Positions 1-10,934 of a stretch of DNA of 20,000 bases are shown here, piece by piece. The translations under genes were made by a program, and so were the position numbers. How positions within the stretch are numbered: the stretch's first letter is position 1; every line of letters begins with the position of its first letter. The stretch lies in NCBI RefSeq assembly GCF_041146345.1, contig NW_027191402.1, positions 1,222,801 through 1,242,800 of the forward strand, in the 5' to 3' direction. The stretch comes from Neodothiora populina (Eukaryota). Under the pieces are notes generated by a model. The model made no database searches. It was given only the letters and a program-made list of their open reading frames with translations, and was not told where the DNA came from.

Positions 1-177
1 GAGCGTGTCTTTTGAAAGCTTTCACGTGGGTTATACAGTAGGTTGGACGGCTTGTGCATCCTAGGATGCCCGCGCCTTGTTTAAGGGCTTGGCGTTGCTC
101 AATTTAAGGCAAATATCCCGCATTACACCACCTCATCCAATATAATCTCTATCCCACGCGTCTGCAACTCCTCCAAC

Positions 178-772
178 ATGGTCGAAGATGATCTCATTGC
201 TCGAGAACACCACGAGATCTACTCCCGTGCTGTAGGCAAGGGATTGTCCACGGAAGACATAAACGCTGCGAGCAAAATCATCGAACAAGCTCAACCACGC
301 GACATCTACCGCAAGCATTCGGAGATTCCTTTTGTCTACGAAGTACTCACCACACCTGGTTGGCGAGAAGAGGTTTCGGCTTTGGCGGATCGTTGGGTGA
401 CGGTACGTCTGAGGCACCATGGGCATGAGTGCACACTAATCAGGAAAACAGGACACGAAGAACATTCAACGGGCATCGACTTCTGTGGGGAGGATCGCGG
501 AGAAGCACGGACCCGATCTTGTTCGGGCTTTCTGTATGTTTCGTTTGAAGGCTTTCAACTCGTCTGACTGGATACCGGTGTCTGAGGGAATGAGTATAGA
601 CAGAGCGAAGAACCAGACAGTCGTTTTCGTTGCCCTTGTGGAATTAAATCCAAGCAATGGATTCTTCATGCCACTAGAGAAAGGGCAAGATGTGTGCATA
701 GATGGCAATACTGTTCTGCGGTTTCCTCCTTGCGGTGGCGGAGTCGGTCTCTTCATATGTCTGAATCTGTAA
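178..772 (+). CDS. Hypothetical protein, spliced (exon 178-402, intron 403-451, exon 452-772; possible second in-frame intron 534-599)
   Basis: ATG at 178 in CCAACATGG context. GTACGT donor at 403, ACTAAT branch at 435-440 and CAG acceptor at 449-451 join the 178 ORF in frame to the 485..772 ORF (...DRWVT|DTKNIQRAS...). No domain recognised. Confidence 0.6.
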
Positions 773-784
773 TCAAGATATGTT

Positions 785-1975
785 TCATCTGACTGCACGT
801 AATGGATTGACTGCAAGCTGGGTGGCCTGTTTATAACCTAAAGCCTGGCTGATCAATGCGATGCTTTAAGGATCACTCAGTTAGGAATGGAAACACATGC
901 GTTAATCATTGACTTACTGGATCTCATCCCGCAGAATCTTCCTGACAAGCGCAGGTACGAACAAAACCGTCCATGGTCCATTATGAGGTGGGATGCTCAC
1001 GAATTCTTGCCTGGTCAATTTCTGTTTGAGGTATTCGATACTATTATCTGCTGAGCAGGAAAGTCGGTAGTAGGAGGCGAGGCTTTGGTTCCCTATTACA
1101 TGTTAAGGTCCCCAAGTCAGCGTGCGGTGAATCGGACGTTGATACTGACATAGAAGGACAAGTTCTGAGGCTCGATTATTCCACCCATAAGCGTTCAAAG
1201 TGTCAATCAGCCTGTTTACATATACCGCGATTGCGAGCATTCGTATACAGTATCTGTCCGACCGGTTGCCTATGCATATTTTCACAACCTCCAGGATTGT
1301 CGTCTCAGGAAGTTTTTCCTCTTTGCGGAGTACAGCACATGCTGAGAAGAGCAAGAATCTTTGGAAGCCAGCGAGTCTGGCGGCTAACGACGCGTCGCTT
1401 TCTCTCCCAAGTGCGGATTCAGCGTATCGCCGAACGATGTCTGCAAGTCCATGACATCCATCAGCGGAATTTCTAGTAGCACTCAGCATGGTCGCGGGAC
1501 ATGTTCCGTCGAGCAAAAACCCAGCTGCGTTGCCATTCTGCATGATAGGAGAGATATCTGCATCTTTGATCGATCGCTTCCAGTCGATAGCCTTCGGTGT
1601 CATGTCAACTAGCTTTGCTGCATCTTCCTCCCACAAAGCGTGGCCCGGGTTGGACTTTCTGCGACGCTTCGCTTTCGGTTCCAAGTCTTTTACTTCCCAG
1701 CGACGAAATTGATCGTGCCTTGGAGGCTCAGGTCTAACCGACAACCGCTCTGGGGACGTGGGAGGAGTAGGCTGGGTATCCGGTACCGTTGAAGAAACAC
1801 AAATTGGCGATGGAATATGTGTGGTATCTTCACGTGGCGGTCGATTTGAAGGATGAGTTCTATACGAATGCTTACAGCAGGAAGAATGATGCCGCCTCAA
1901 ACAGAGGAGTCTATCCTCCAGATACAGAGCGTAGTCCTCTATCGTTCCAGTGAGATTGTCAAGCTTTGTAGCCAT
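785..1975 (-). CDS. Hypothetical protein, spliced (introns 1093-1149 and 864-917); true 5' end uncertain and may extend to ~2350
   Basis: The 299-aa ORF continues across GTCAGT..TAG (1149-1093) and GTAAGT..CTAAC..AAG (917-864) introns into stop-free exons (ELVLL-W-NQSLASYYRLS...LFVPALVRKIL...ISQALGYKQ...) ending at TGA 787-785. Basic NLS-like motif PKAKRRRK. First ATG is at 1975. Confidence 0.65.
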
Positions 1976-2686
1976 TGAAAGATGCGGAGAATGTTTACGC
2001 AAATTGAATGGGGCCTGACTGGTTTTGAATCAGGCCGTCTTGATTCGGCGGCAAAATTTTGCCATCCAAAGAGGTATACATTGTTGTCGATCATTAACAG
2101 AACGATTGCTGTCTGGGCATAATCCATTCTGGGCTTAAGTGTAAGGCAGCTACCAAAATTGCCTATCTATCTTGCATGATGAAGCATACAACAGACGGCA
2201 TAAAATGTGGCTGATCTGTAGCGTTTGCTAAGTTCATCCACCTTTGTTAATCTGCCTCTAAGGGGCATAGAATCACTAACACCGATATCTATTAAACGCC
2301 ACCAACTAAATTGACAGGGATTGAGGATACGAACTTCTGCGATTCTAGCCACTGTCCATTCGTTTGGGCATATTACGATCCAGAAGAGCGGTACAAAGCA
2401 CTCTCAGTCCTGCTAGTCAAATGCGTCTCATTGCAGGGCCTACACACATCACTTTCCGTTCCTGCGAAAGAACATGCAGCTCGTTATTCAGTCGTGGTCG
2501 AGTGCTCTTTTGTTTAACACACTTCTCCTACAAAAGGGCAAGAGAGCCTTAATGAAATATAACCAATTCTTCATCAAAACCTCAATTACACATCACAAGA
2601 CTTCAATTACTCAACACCCTTCGAGCTCCAGGTGTGTACACAAGAATCGCTCAAAGACCTCGGTCAACTTACAACAGATACTCAGA

Positions 2687-2866
2687 ATGTGTAACGTCGA
2701 CGTAGCCACCACTATCTACCAATGCGGTGATAGAGTCAAGTCAGATGTCAAGTTTACGGCTTGTCCCAAGATGGGCACTCCCCAGTGTCCAGGTCGAGTC
2801 GAAAGACCCATGGGCTCTAGCAGAGTCAAGGGTAAGTGCGGCCGCGCAAGCTGTACGAACCCATGA
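2687..2866 (+). CDS. Small cysteine-rich protein, 59 aa, 6 Cys, no signal peptide (putative metal-binding)
   Basis: MCNVDVATTIYQCGD...ACP...QCP...KCGRASC. Preceded by TATAA at 2558-2562, a C/A-rich leader and a plausible 5'UTR intron (GTGTGT 2632 .. ACAACAG 2677). Confidence 0.55.
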   Translation: MCNVDVATTIYQCGDRVKSDVKFTACPKMGTPQCPGRVERPMGSSRVKGKCGRASCTNP

Positions 2867-3731
2867 TGACAAACTCTCCCACTTGAGTGGTAAGTCTCTT
2901 TGCAATGAGCTGTGGATAATATCGAGAAACTTACAACTCCGATAGCGATTGGTATACAAGTGATGTAAAGAGCGGATTGACAGAAGCGTGAAGGATGGTC
3001 ACATTGTTCGTTGAGTAGCTCTAGGTACGGTTTCGCCTCATAGGTTTTCCATGCCTGTACGCAAATGCGGGAGCGTGTTATGATGCTGAATAAATAACCA
3101 ATGTCAATTTTCTATGGCGGCGAGTTTAACGTGTCTTAATTGTTACGGGGTCACCTCTGAAGACCTTCGGTGTGTTGGCTCAGCTGATCTGAGCTTGCGA
3201 AGCTCAGGCCTCGCTTCTGTCCTATATCTTCGTACGAAGATGAGGATACTTCTCTCTTTCTTTCTCCATCGAAACCTCCTTGTCCATAGTGGAACCAATC
3301 GATAGCATTTCCATTGCTTCCCCTTACACTCGGTAACCCAGCTCATTCGCTGCAAATCCTGGAAATTATACTTGCTTTGATCGCCGCTATTCAACGGAGT
3401 GAAAATACCCTGTATGTACATATCGTAGCTCGCCAAGATCCGGGGATCGCGATAGCGCAAATTGGCTCAGCGCTAAATCAGAATATCGTTCGGCGTCTGA
3501 TACAAGTTGACGTGCTTTCTCCCGCTATAAAGACCTTCTCTAAGTAACCCGCTCCCTCCCATCATTATACCACGGTTTCTACTCAGAATGGATGATGTTA
3601 GGCGCATATAGCTTGCCACAATATCTCTCTTGTCAGCTACATCACTTCCTATCACAAACTTCCTCCTACATCTTCTTCGCCCACGAAGGAGTTCCATAAC
3701 TCGGTACCTCTCTCGTAATCTTGACCCAACC

Positions 3732-4608
3732 ATGGACGTTATCAACCGAGGCTCAACCGCAGTCGTCAAGAGATACGGGCATGGTGTTGTAATCAAATGC
3801 CCCGATCGACCTTCTGGCCATGATAACATTGATTATCCCGAAATTGAGAAACAGATCCTCGATATTCTAGGGCCTCATCCTCGGATTATCAAGTAAGATT
3901 CTCAGACACATCTTTAACTCGTCGCCGCTGACAGTATGATCAAGTTTCCTAGGATATTCAGCGGAGCCGATAGGATTGTTGTTTACCGAAGCGAATTGTG
4001 GCGACCTACAACGCTACTTGGACAGTAATAATGAATTGATCAGAGAAACTCTCCGACTCAAATGGCGCCTTCAGGCCGCTGAGGCTATCGCTTACTTACA
4101 CAGCAAGGGAGTCATCCATTCCGATCTTCGTCCAGAAAATTTCCTGCTTCATATCTATAACGATAATGATGGTCCGGAGCTTTTGCTGTCCGATTTCGGG
4201 GGCTCGTACTACGAGAAAGACGGCAGAATAATTGATGGGAATCACTTACCTGACGCTGGATTTTTCAACCCCACAAAGCCATGGATCTCTACGGAAGATA
4301 CCGACATATTCGCGCTTGGCTCCGTTTTTTATACTATCATGACAGGCCATTGGCCGTATAAATTGCCAGGCCCGTTTGACTCTGTCAAGGATCAGGAGCA
4401 ATATGAGGAGAAGGTTAACGAACAATTCACGAAAAGAGCGTTCCCGCCCATTGAAGACCTGGTTGGTGGGGACATCATACATGAGTGTTGGACTGAGAAG
4501 ATCGACGATGCTAGAACAATCGTGTCTCGTCACAAGTCTTTGATCCAAAAAGGGGAGCAGGAAAGGAGAGGACTTATTGGACTTGCTTACAAATGGCTTC
4601 TGAAATGA
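3732..4608 (+). CDS. Small single-domain Ser/Thr protein kinase (~274 aa; intron 3893-3944)
   Basis: Gly-loop-like RGSTAVV, VIK lysine, helix-C EIEKQIL, HPRII|FLG across a GTAAGA..GCTGAC..AAG intron, catalytic loop HSDLRPENFL, DFGGS and TDIFALGSVFY. Confidence 0.9.
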
Positions 4609-4998
4609 GATCATATTCTGTGATTATACCGTCCTCCTATGGGCGTGGCTGTGAACAATGTGCCTAACCTACAAAAGCACGAAACGTGTGTCCATCGCAC
4701 CTGTAATCTGACAAGAGTACAAGACAAAACAAGATATCTACGTACCGATGAGGTGCTTATAGATACGCTCATGTCTCCGACTATTCGTCGCGCTAAACTC
4801 TATAGAGCTTTGATCCACCTCCAGCCTGATCAGTGATTAACAGCTTTCTATGCTCTATTTAGGCTGCTGCTGTGGAAGGGATAACGAATCCCCGCTGATC
4901 AAGCGGTGGAGAGGGTCAGCTGGATCATTGACTGTAACAAACGCAATATGCTATTGGAGCTGGACCTGGCACCCGACTTGCTTTCCCGTCGTTCCTCG

Positions 4999-5691
4999 TT
5001 AAGGCACATCGATACGAGCTTCGACTAGATAACGACGCTTTTTGTGAACTGATGAAGAGCTGCACAACCCTCGACTGTGACGACCGAGATCCACCTGATC
5101 TTTATCTGTCAGAGACAGGCTGCAGTCTGATTGGATCGTCTCAATGTGAACAACCTCTTTCCGCTTCTTAGCGTTGCTTCCAAGAGATGTGCTTGGCTTG
5201 CACATTGACTTTCGGCTGGCCCAAGGTTCGATGCCGTGATGTTAATTAAGGTGCTGCCAGAACGCATCTTCATTCTCTGCGGCGCAGCTACAGTATGGAT
5301 GAGGACACTGGAGCGACCATGTGGCGATTTTTGCGCAATGTCTACTGATATGACGGTGAAGTTCGTGACAGTCAGTAAACTGATGGAAGTGTTGTCCAGG
5401 ATCAGGATTACTTTCACTAAAACAAAACACGCATTTTGCAGTGACGATAATGACTCCATAACGAATTATCTGACCACAGAAGGGACCCACGGAAGGCAGG
5501 CTAGACAAATGTATTTTGCAATGTGTATCCCAGGATACTTTGCTTTCGATCCATAGGCCACATTCGTAGCAGAAATTGAGGTTGCCAGGACTGGTTGCGT
5601 CGACGTACAGATCATGTTCGCGCAGAATATGAAGAGCCAGGGAGTTGCTGTTGTTCATGGCAGACTGGCATGACTTCCATCTGCAGAATTG
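4999..5691 (-). pseudogene. 5'-truncated multi-C2H2 zinc-finger fragment resembling the C-terminal region of DUF3435 (Starship captain-type) proteins
   Basis: One reading frame from 5691: CRWKSC-x12-HILREH, FCYECGLW...WDTHCKIHL, CGQII...KCVFCF...HQF...HRHISRH, CPHPYC...WQHLN*HH. The internal TAA at 5244-5242 is consistent with CAA>TAA, and the frame continues into the 4999..5205 ORF. The frame is closed upstream at 5694-5692, where unrelated sequence begins. The family match is from memory, not from a search. Confidence 0.55.
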
Positions 5692-5826
5692 TCACCGGCT
5701 CCTAACTACGTGCTGTGTGAGGTGACGGAGAACACCAAGAGCTTTGCTACTTCCAAAGGAATGGGCATAAAAAGACCAATGGCAGGTAGCATGAGCGATC
5801 ATACCATGCGAGCCAAGAGTTCTGCG

Positions 5827-7006
5827 CTAGGTGCTTGGGTGTTGAGAAGGCTGATCTACGGAGGGGGGTGGTTCCTGGTGCGCATGGTCGTTGTTTGCAT
5901 CATCTGCATTGTTCTTGTATGATATATGGGAGTCGTCGGTCTGGACCGCAGCGTCCTTGCTGGTCCAAGGGCGTACTTGTTTGAGCTTTTGCAGATCGGC
6001 AACTTGAGTCGTCAAGAAGGCCAAGTGGTCGACGACTCCACGCATCCATGCTTCGCCTAGGGATGATGGCAGAGGAGGTGGTAGCGTGGTGGTAAGGGTA
6101 GTAGATGAGGCTTGGGTGTCTACTCGGGCGCGTTTTTTTGACGGTATCGCAACGGGTGGAGTTGAACTGATTTGATTGTAGGCGGGAGGTGTATCGCCCG
6201 GGTGTTGGGAATAAGGGTCCGCACACAAGTCGGCCTCCGGGGCGATATGCCCTAGGTGAGCAGGGGCAGAAGCAAAGACAGCAGGAGGTGCAGCAGCAGA
6301 AGCGGCAGCAGAGGCAGCAGCAGGGACGGCAGCAGACACGATAGGGGCGGTAGAGGCAGAAGGGATAGAAGGGGCAGAAGGGACATGACTGGCAGCAGTA
6401 GCATGAGGGTCAACGGAGGCAAAAGGTCCGAATTGTTCAGGGTACCCGAAGACATCTTCTGGACGACTAATGAGACGGCCACCTTGTCCAGCGTATAATG
6501 TCTCAAGGACAGGGTCATCAGACAACGAACCGTGTGCCAGAGCGGCGGCGAGGCTGGACAAGCGCTCTCGGTCACCAGTGGCGGAACTTGGGACACACAA
6601 TTAAGGCAGAAGGAGTAAGAGTAAAGGAAACGGCGATTATGTCAGCTGGCGATTTGCAGAGATTGCCGGCCACAAATGACGCGAGAACACATTGCGGTAC
6701 AGTCGCAGGGTTTGCGACGATGTCCAGACTCGAGATCTGACTAGGTTCGATCAAAAGGTACATGTGCGTGTTTCCCCCGCTGCCCTTTAACTTGACCGAG
6801 GTGCGAAGCCTGCACGAGAGGGTACCGTGTGCATCGTCTACGGAATGGATGAATGTCAGTGACGAAAGGCGAGTGTCATGCCTGAGGCCAAAGTACGAGG
6901 CTTGCTGGATGTCAGGCAGAGCCCATGCTGCAACAGCGGGCACGTGAAGCTTGAGGAAGGGGCAGGCCGGAACTGCAGGAGACGGCGCAGAGGAGCCCGA
7001 AGACAT
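5827..7006 (-). pseudogene. Hypothetical fungal protein gene with a frameshift/internal deletion near 6590
   Basis: Two overlapping ORFs in different frames: 6572..7006 (beta-rich N-terminus) and 5827..6600 (LETLYAGQGG, Ala/Ser/Pro linker, TPPAYNQ...SKKRAR, short coiled coil). Together they read like one protein. They overlap, and I found no intron that joins them. Confidence 0.5.
6262..6400. repeat. Low-complexity GCA/GCAGA-rich tract (encodes an Ala/Ser/Pro linker on the minus strand)
   Basis: Repeated gcagca/gcagag/gcagaa units. Confidence 0.7.
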
Positions 7007-7044
7007 TGCAGGTGTGGGCCGAAGCAGCAGCGCAACTATATGTG

Positions 7045-7092
7045 TAGGTACAGGTGCAGATACAGGTGCAGGTACAAGTGCAGGTGCGGATG
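7045..7092. repeat. Degenerate hexamer tandem repeat, (CAGGTR) x8
   Basis: taggta caggtg cagata caggtg caggta caagtg caggtg cggatg. Confidence 0.85.
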
Positions 7093-8131
7093 TTCAGGGA
7101 GGGAGGGCGGACAATCAGAGTTGCTGTAGCCCGTACTCGTCAGATACATAAGAGTATCTAGGCACACAGAGAGCAGTCAGCCAACTTTTCAATAGATTGA
7201 GAAGCGATAATGGTATCGCAGCAAGTAGCAAAGAATTGGAATAGAGATGAGATGCAAATGAGAATGGAATGGAACAGAGACGATTTCCTCTTCCCCTCAC
7301 TTCTGCAGCAGAACAAACGGTTGGCCCACTGTTGCCTATACTGCAGAGGAGGTCCCGAAGGAGCCCACCCACCCAGGCTTTTTCCATCTTTGGAACCAGA
7401 GCAGCCTTGACTCTGCAAAGCGAGTAGCGCAGAGGAGACAATCGAGAAGAAACACACGCAGGCCCAGAGACACGTAGCCACGCAGACAGACGATCAAGCA
7501 AGGCGTACACCGCGGAGGTCGAGGTCGTAGCCGAGGTAGAAGGGCTCGGGTCCGATTTCAGAGCATCGGAAGTGAAGAAGCTGTCAGTAGCCTACAGTAA
7601 CACCCACCAGTTGCAGCCAGCTGGAGCCGCGCAAGTGGCCGAGGGTAAGAGTCGACAAACGGAGACCTTGCGGCCCCTACAGACCCCAGACACGCGAGAG
7701 AGGCAGGGTATGAAGCATGCGCGTCAATCTCGAGCATCTGGTAGAATGGCCTGCTTGCGATTTCCTGGTCCTCTGCAACACACGCAGCTCCAGTGACGGC
7801 AGACCGGCAGGCTACCGCGGCAATCTCTTATCCCATTAGGAACTGCAGCGGCATGGTGTTGTTTCCTAGGAGCTGTGTAGAGTAAGTTGGCGACATGATT
7901 CTGTGGCCTGTAGGTCATGTACGTGTTGTTTCATCTGTCTGCCTGCGTGACTAGTCTCGACACGAACGACGGCGACGACGACGCGGCTCTGCTCTTGACC
8001 ACAACCTACCCCTCCACCCAACCAGGCTTTGATACAACAGACGCAAGCAGCCTTGACCTGCGAAACGGACACGATAGAGGATAGAAGACGCGTCACAGTG
8101 ACGGAGGCGGGGGATGGCGGTGACATACTTA

Positions 8132-10934
8132 CTAGGAGACGATTGACGGTGACATGATAGACAACAGAAGACAGGTGACGGCGATCATGGATAACGTATA
8201 ACGGAGAACAGACGACTGACAATGGAGAATGATCGGGGGACTTGTGGATTGCAACAAAAGAGTCAAATAATACAAAGCTGGATTGCGACGAGAAGGCGAT
8301 TCACTTTGCAACAGCTTGCGATGGCCGCTTGCGATAGTTACTGTAAGTTCGGAGAGAAAGAGCACGGAACAGCTACGGTAGGAACAAGTGATACTGTAGA
8401 TACAGTACACAACGACAACAAAGGCGGAAACAAGAGTGGATACGGCAATGAGGATCATACCCAAGGTACCACCACTTATCCCAGCGAGTTCAGCTGTTTC
8501 TGCCGATAGAAAACTCACGAGCGCTCCGGTAGAGTTCTCCACGTCCTCGAAGAAGGAAATCTCTTGTCGTAGCATCTGGCTGAAAGCCCGCCTTTTGGCT
8601 ACGTATATTAGGCGTTCCGAACAATAGGCAAAGACGCCACCTTGAACGCTGAAAACGAGCATCATAACGATTGCTAGCAAGAAGAACATCCACGCCCAAA
8701 AACCAGCCTCAGAGCGAATCTGATTGGAAGCTTCGAGTGGACGTGAGATGGCTACCAGTGCTTTCCCAAATAGGATGGCAGATACCGGCTCTTCCAAACC
8801 AGCGATGATGGAGCACAATAGACCAAACGATATGTGGGACCATTCCTTGGCATTGAGTCGTAAGACGAACTTGGCTGTCGAGAAGAGTGATCGCGAGCTT
8901 TTGGTCGTTGCACCCTCTACTGGAACAATCTTTTCATGGCTCGTGGCCAATTCCTTTTCGACTTGCTGCTCAAGTTTTTGAACGTGTTCCACGTGATGAG
9001 GAGACTTCTTTTGCTCCTCGATGACTCCCTGAGCCTGCACAAGCTCGAAGTAGGATCCTTGATGGGCCATAAGTTCATTATGTGTACCCTGCTCAATTAC
9101 AGCCCCACTCTGCAAGACGAAGATCACATCAGCGTTTTTAATTGTCGAAAGCCGATGGGCAATTATGATCGTTGTCCTTTTCTTGCCTGTTAGTTCCAGA
9201 GCGGCTTGGATCTTAGCTTCTGTCTTTACATCCAACGCAGAAGTAGCTTCGTCAAGAACCAAGACCTTCGGATCCGAGATCAAAGCTCGAGCAAGTGCAA
9301 TTCTCTGCTTTTGACCACCGGATAGTTTTGATCCCCTTGATCCTACATTGGTTTGATATCCGTTAGGTAAAGCGGATATGAAATCATGAGCAAAGGCTAA
9401 TTTGGCAGCATCTTCTATCTTTCTTTGCTTCGATTCGGCCGGTAGATCCTGGAACGGAGACCCGATAAGCCCATATTCAATATTCTCGTAGATTGATGTG
9501 TCAAACAGGAATGGATCCTGGTTAACAACTCTGATCTGGCGTCTGAGCCACTTGAGATTGACTTGCTCAAGGTTGTGACTGTCAAAGACGATCTGCCCTC
9601 TGACCGGCTCGTAGAATCGTGTAATAAGCTTAGCAATCGAGCTCTTTCCAGAGCCTGAAGGGCCGACAACAGCAGTAGTTCTCCCGCTAGGGAAGATCAT
9701 GTTCAGACCGTCAGCAATTACGACAGTGGGTCGTGAGGGATAGACATGCTTAACGTCTTTCAGCTCGATTCTCCCATCAACGTGCTCTGGAATGATGCCA
9801 TCTTCAGATCCGGGATCTATTGGTGACACACGAGTCAACAACCGCAAGACTCGCTGCCATGCTGAGGCTGCTAATGTGAAGATCTCTGCGTTTGAGCCGA
9901 CACCTAGAACACAAAATGCAGCACTCTTGGTAACCAAGGTTATTGCCACAACAGCCATAAAAGACGTTTCATGGTCGACCAAGAAGTGTGATCCTTGCCA
10001 GAGTGCTAGACCAACGTTCAAGTAGCCGGTACCGACAGTGACAGCCACCATGACTCCCATCAGGAGTTTGAGAGTGAAAGCTGCCTTTTCCGCTACTTCG
10101 AGATGTTGCTCATAGGTTGCAAGAATGCTCTTTTGTAAGCCAAGAGCAGTCGTACTCTTGATAGAACTAAGAACCTCTTCAACGATGGCACTGCTTGTAG
10201 AGCGGACAGTCATGGAACGACCAGAGTATCTTACAGCTACGCGGTTGCCGACAAATAAGAGCGCAAGACTCGCGAAAAAAGACCAGATAAGAATGAGAGC
10301 TAGCTTCCAGTACAAAGCAAAGCTGACAATATAGGTAGCAAGAAGTGTTCCAACGGCGCTGATGGTGATTGACAGTTTTTGAGACAGGCTCTCCTGGATA
10401 ATATTCAAGTCTGTGCCTAATTGATCAATGAATTGCCCAGCGCTGTTGCCATCAAAGAATGCAATGTTCTGGCGCAGTATTGTCTCCATGTATCGCACTC
10501 TGATTCGGAGGACGATGTTTGCACCAGCGTAAGCAAACCCTGCAGTCGACACGAACCATACTACGAAAGCACCAATGGCAATGTAAACAAAGAACAGAGA
10601 ATAGTGGCTAATGAGATGGCTCGAGTCGGGGCAGGCGGAACCATGGTTTTCGATATCGACAAAGATATGTGAGAGCCGTCCGAAGATGATCTAGAAGGAG
10701 CGTTTATTAGGAAGATGAAGATCAATCGTTGAGATGTATCCTTACAGGTGGCAGGGGAATAATGGCACCTGCGATCAAAGCACACACGGCGCTTAGCATG
10801 ATCACGATCAAATCACGTAGAGACGCATATTGGTAGAGCGTGAGGAACGAGGCTTGGACATCCAGAAACTCTGTTTGACGACGAATGACCTCTTGTTCGT
10901 AAGATGATGCTCTCTCTTCGTTATGCGTAGACAT
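8132..10934 (-). pseudogene. ABCB/MDR-type ABC transporter, 3'-truncated at ~8412 within TMD2 (exon 10934-10746, intron 10745-10691). Reads through ~90 unrelated codons to a stop at 8132
   Basis: TMD1, then NBD1 with Walker A GPSGSGKS, Q-loop VNQDP, signature LSGGQKQR, Walker B VLVLDEATSALD and IAHRLST. Linker and TMD2 follow up to ...ISGGTLGMILIAVSTLVSAFVV, after which similarity stops. There is no second NBD. Confidence 0.9.
8388..8410. repeat. Short inverted repeat/hairpin at the ABC breakpoint
   Basis: GTG-a-TACTGTA-ga-TACAGTA-CAC. Confidence 0.7.

Noticed and set aside
3143..3829. Minus-strand ORFs 3143..3460 and 3473..3829
   Set aside because: No recognisable motifs, and one overlaps the kinase first exon on the opposite strand. 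A decayed gene cannot be excluded but is unsupported.
6252..8222. Many short ORFs on both strands in the GC-rich block
   Set aside because: Explained by low-complexity, GC-rich sequence and antisense shadows; no coding evidence.
5690..8411. Solo LTR or LTR retrotransposon suggested by TGT...ACA ends
   Set aside because: No direct repeats, PBS/PPT, gag/pol or TSD, and far longer than typical fungal LTRs.
8388..8412. Helitron 3' end
   Set aside because: A hairpin is present but it is AT-rich and there is no CTRR terminus at the expected distance.
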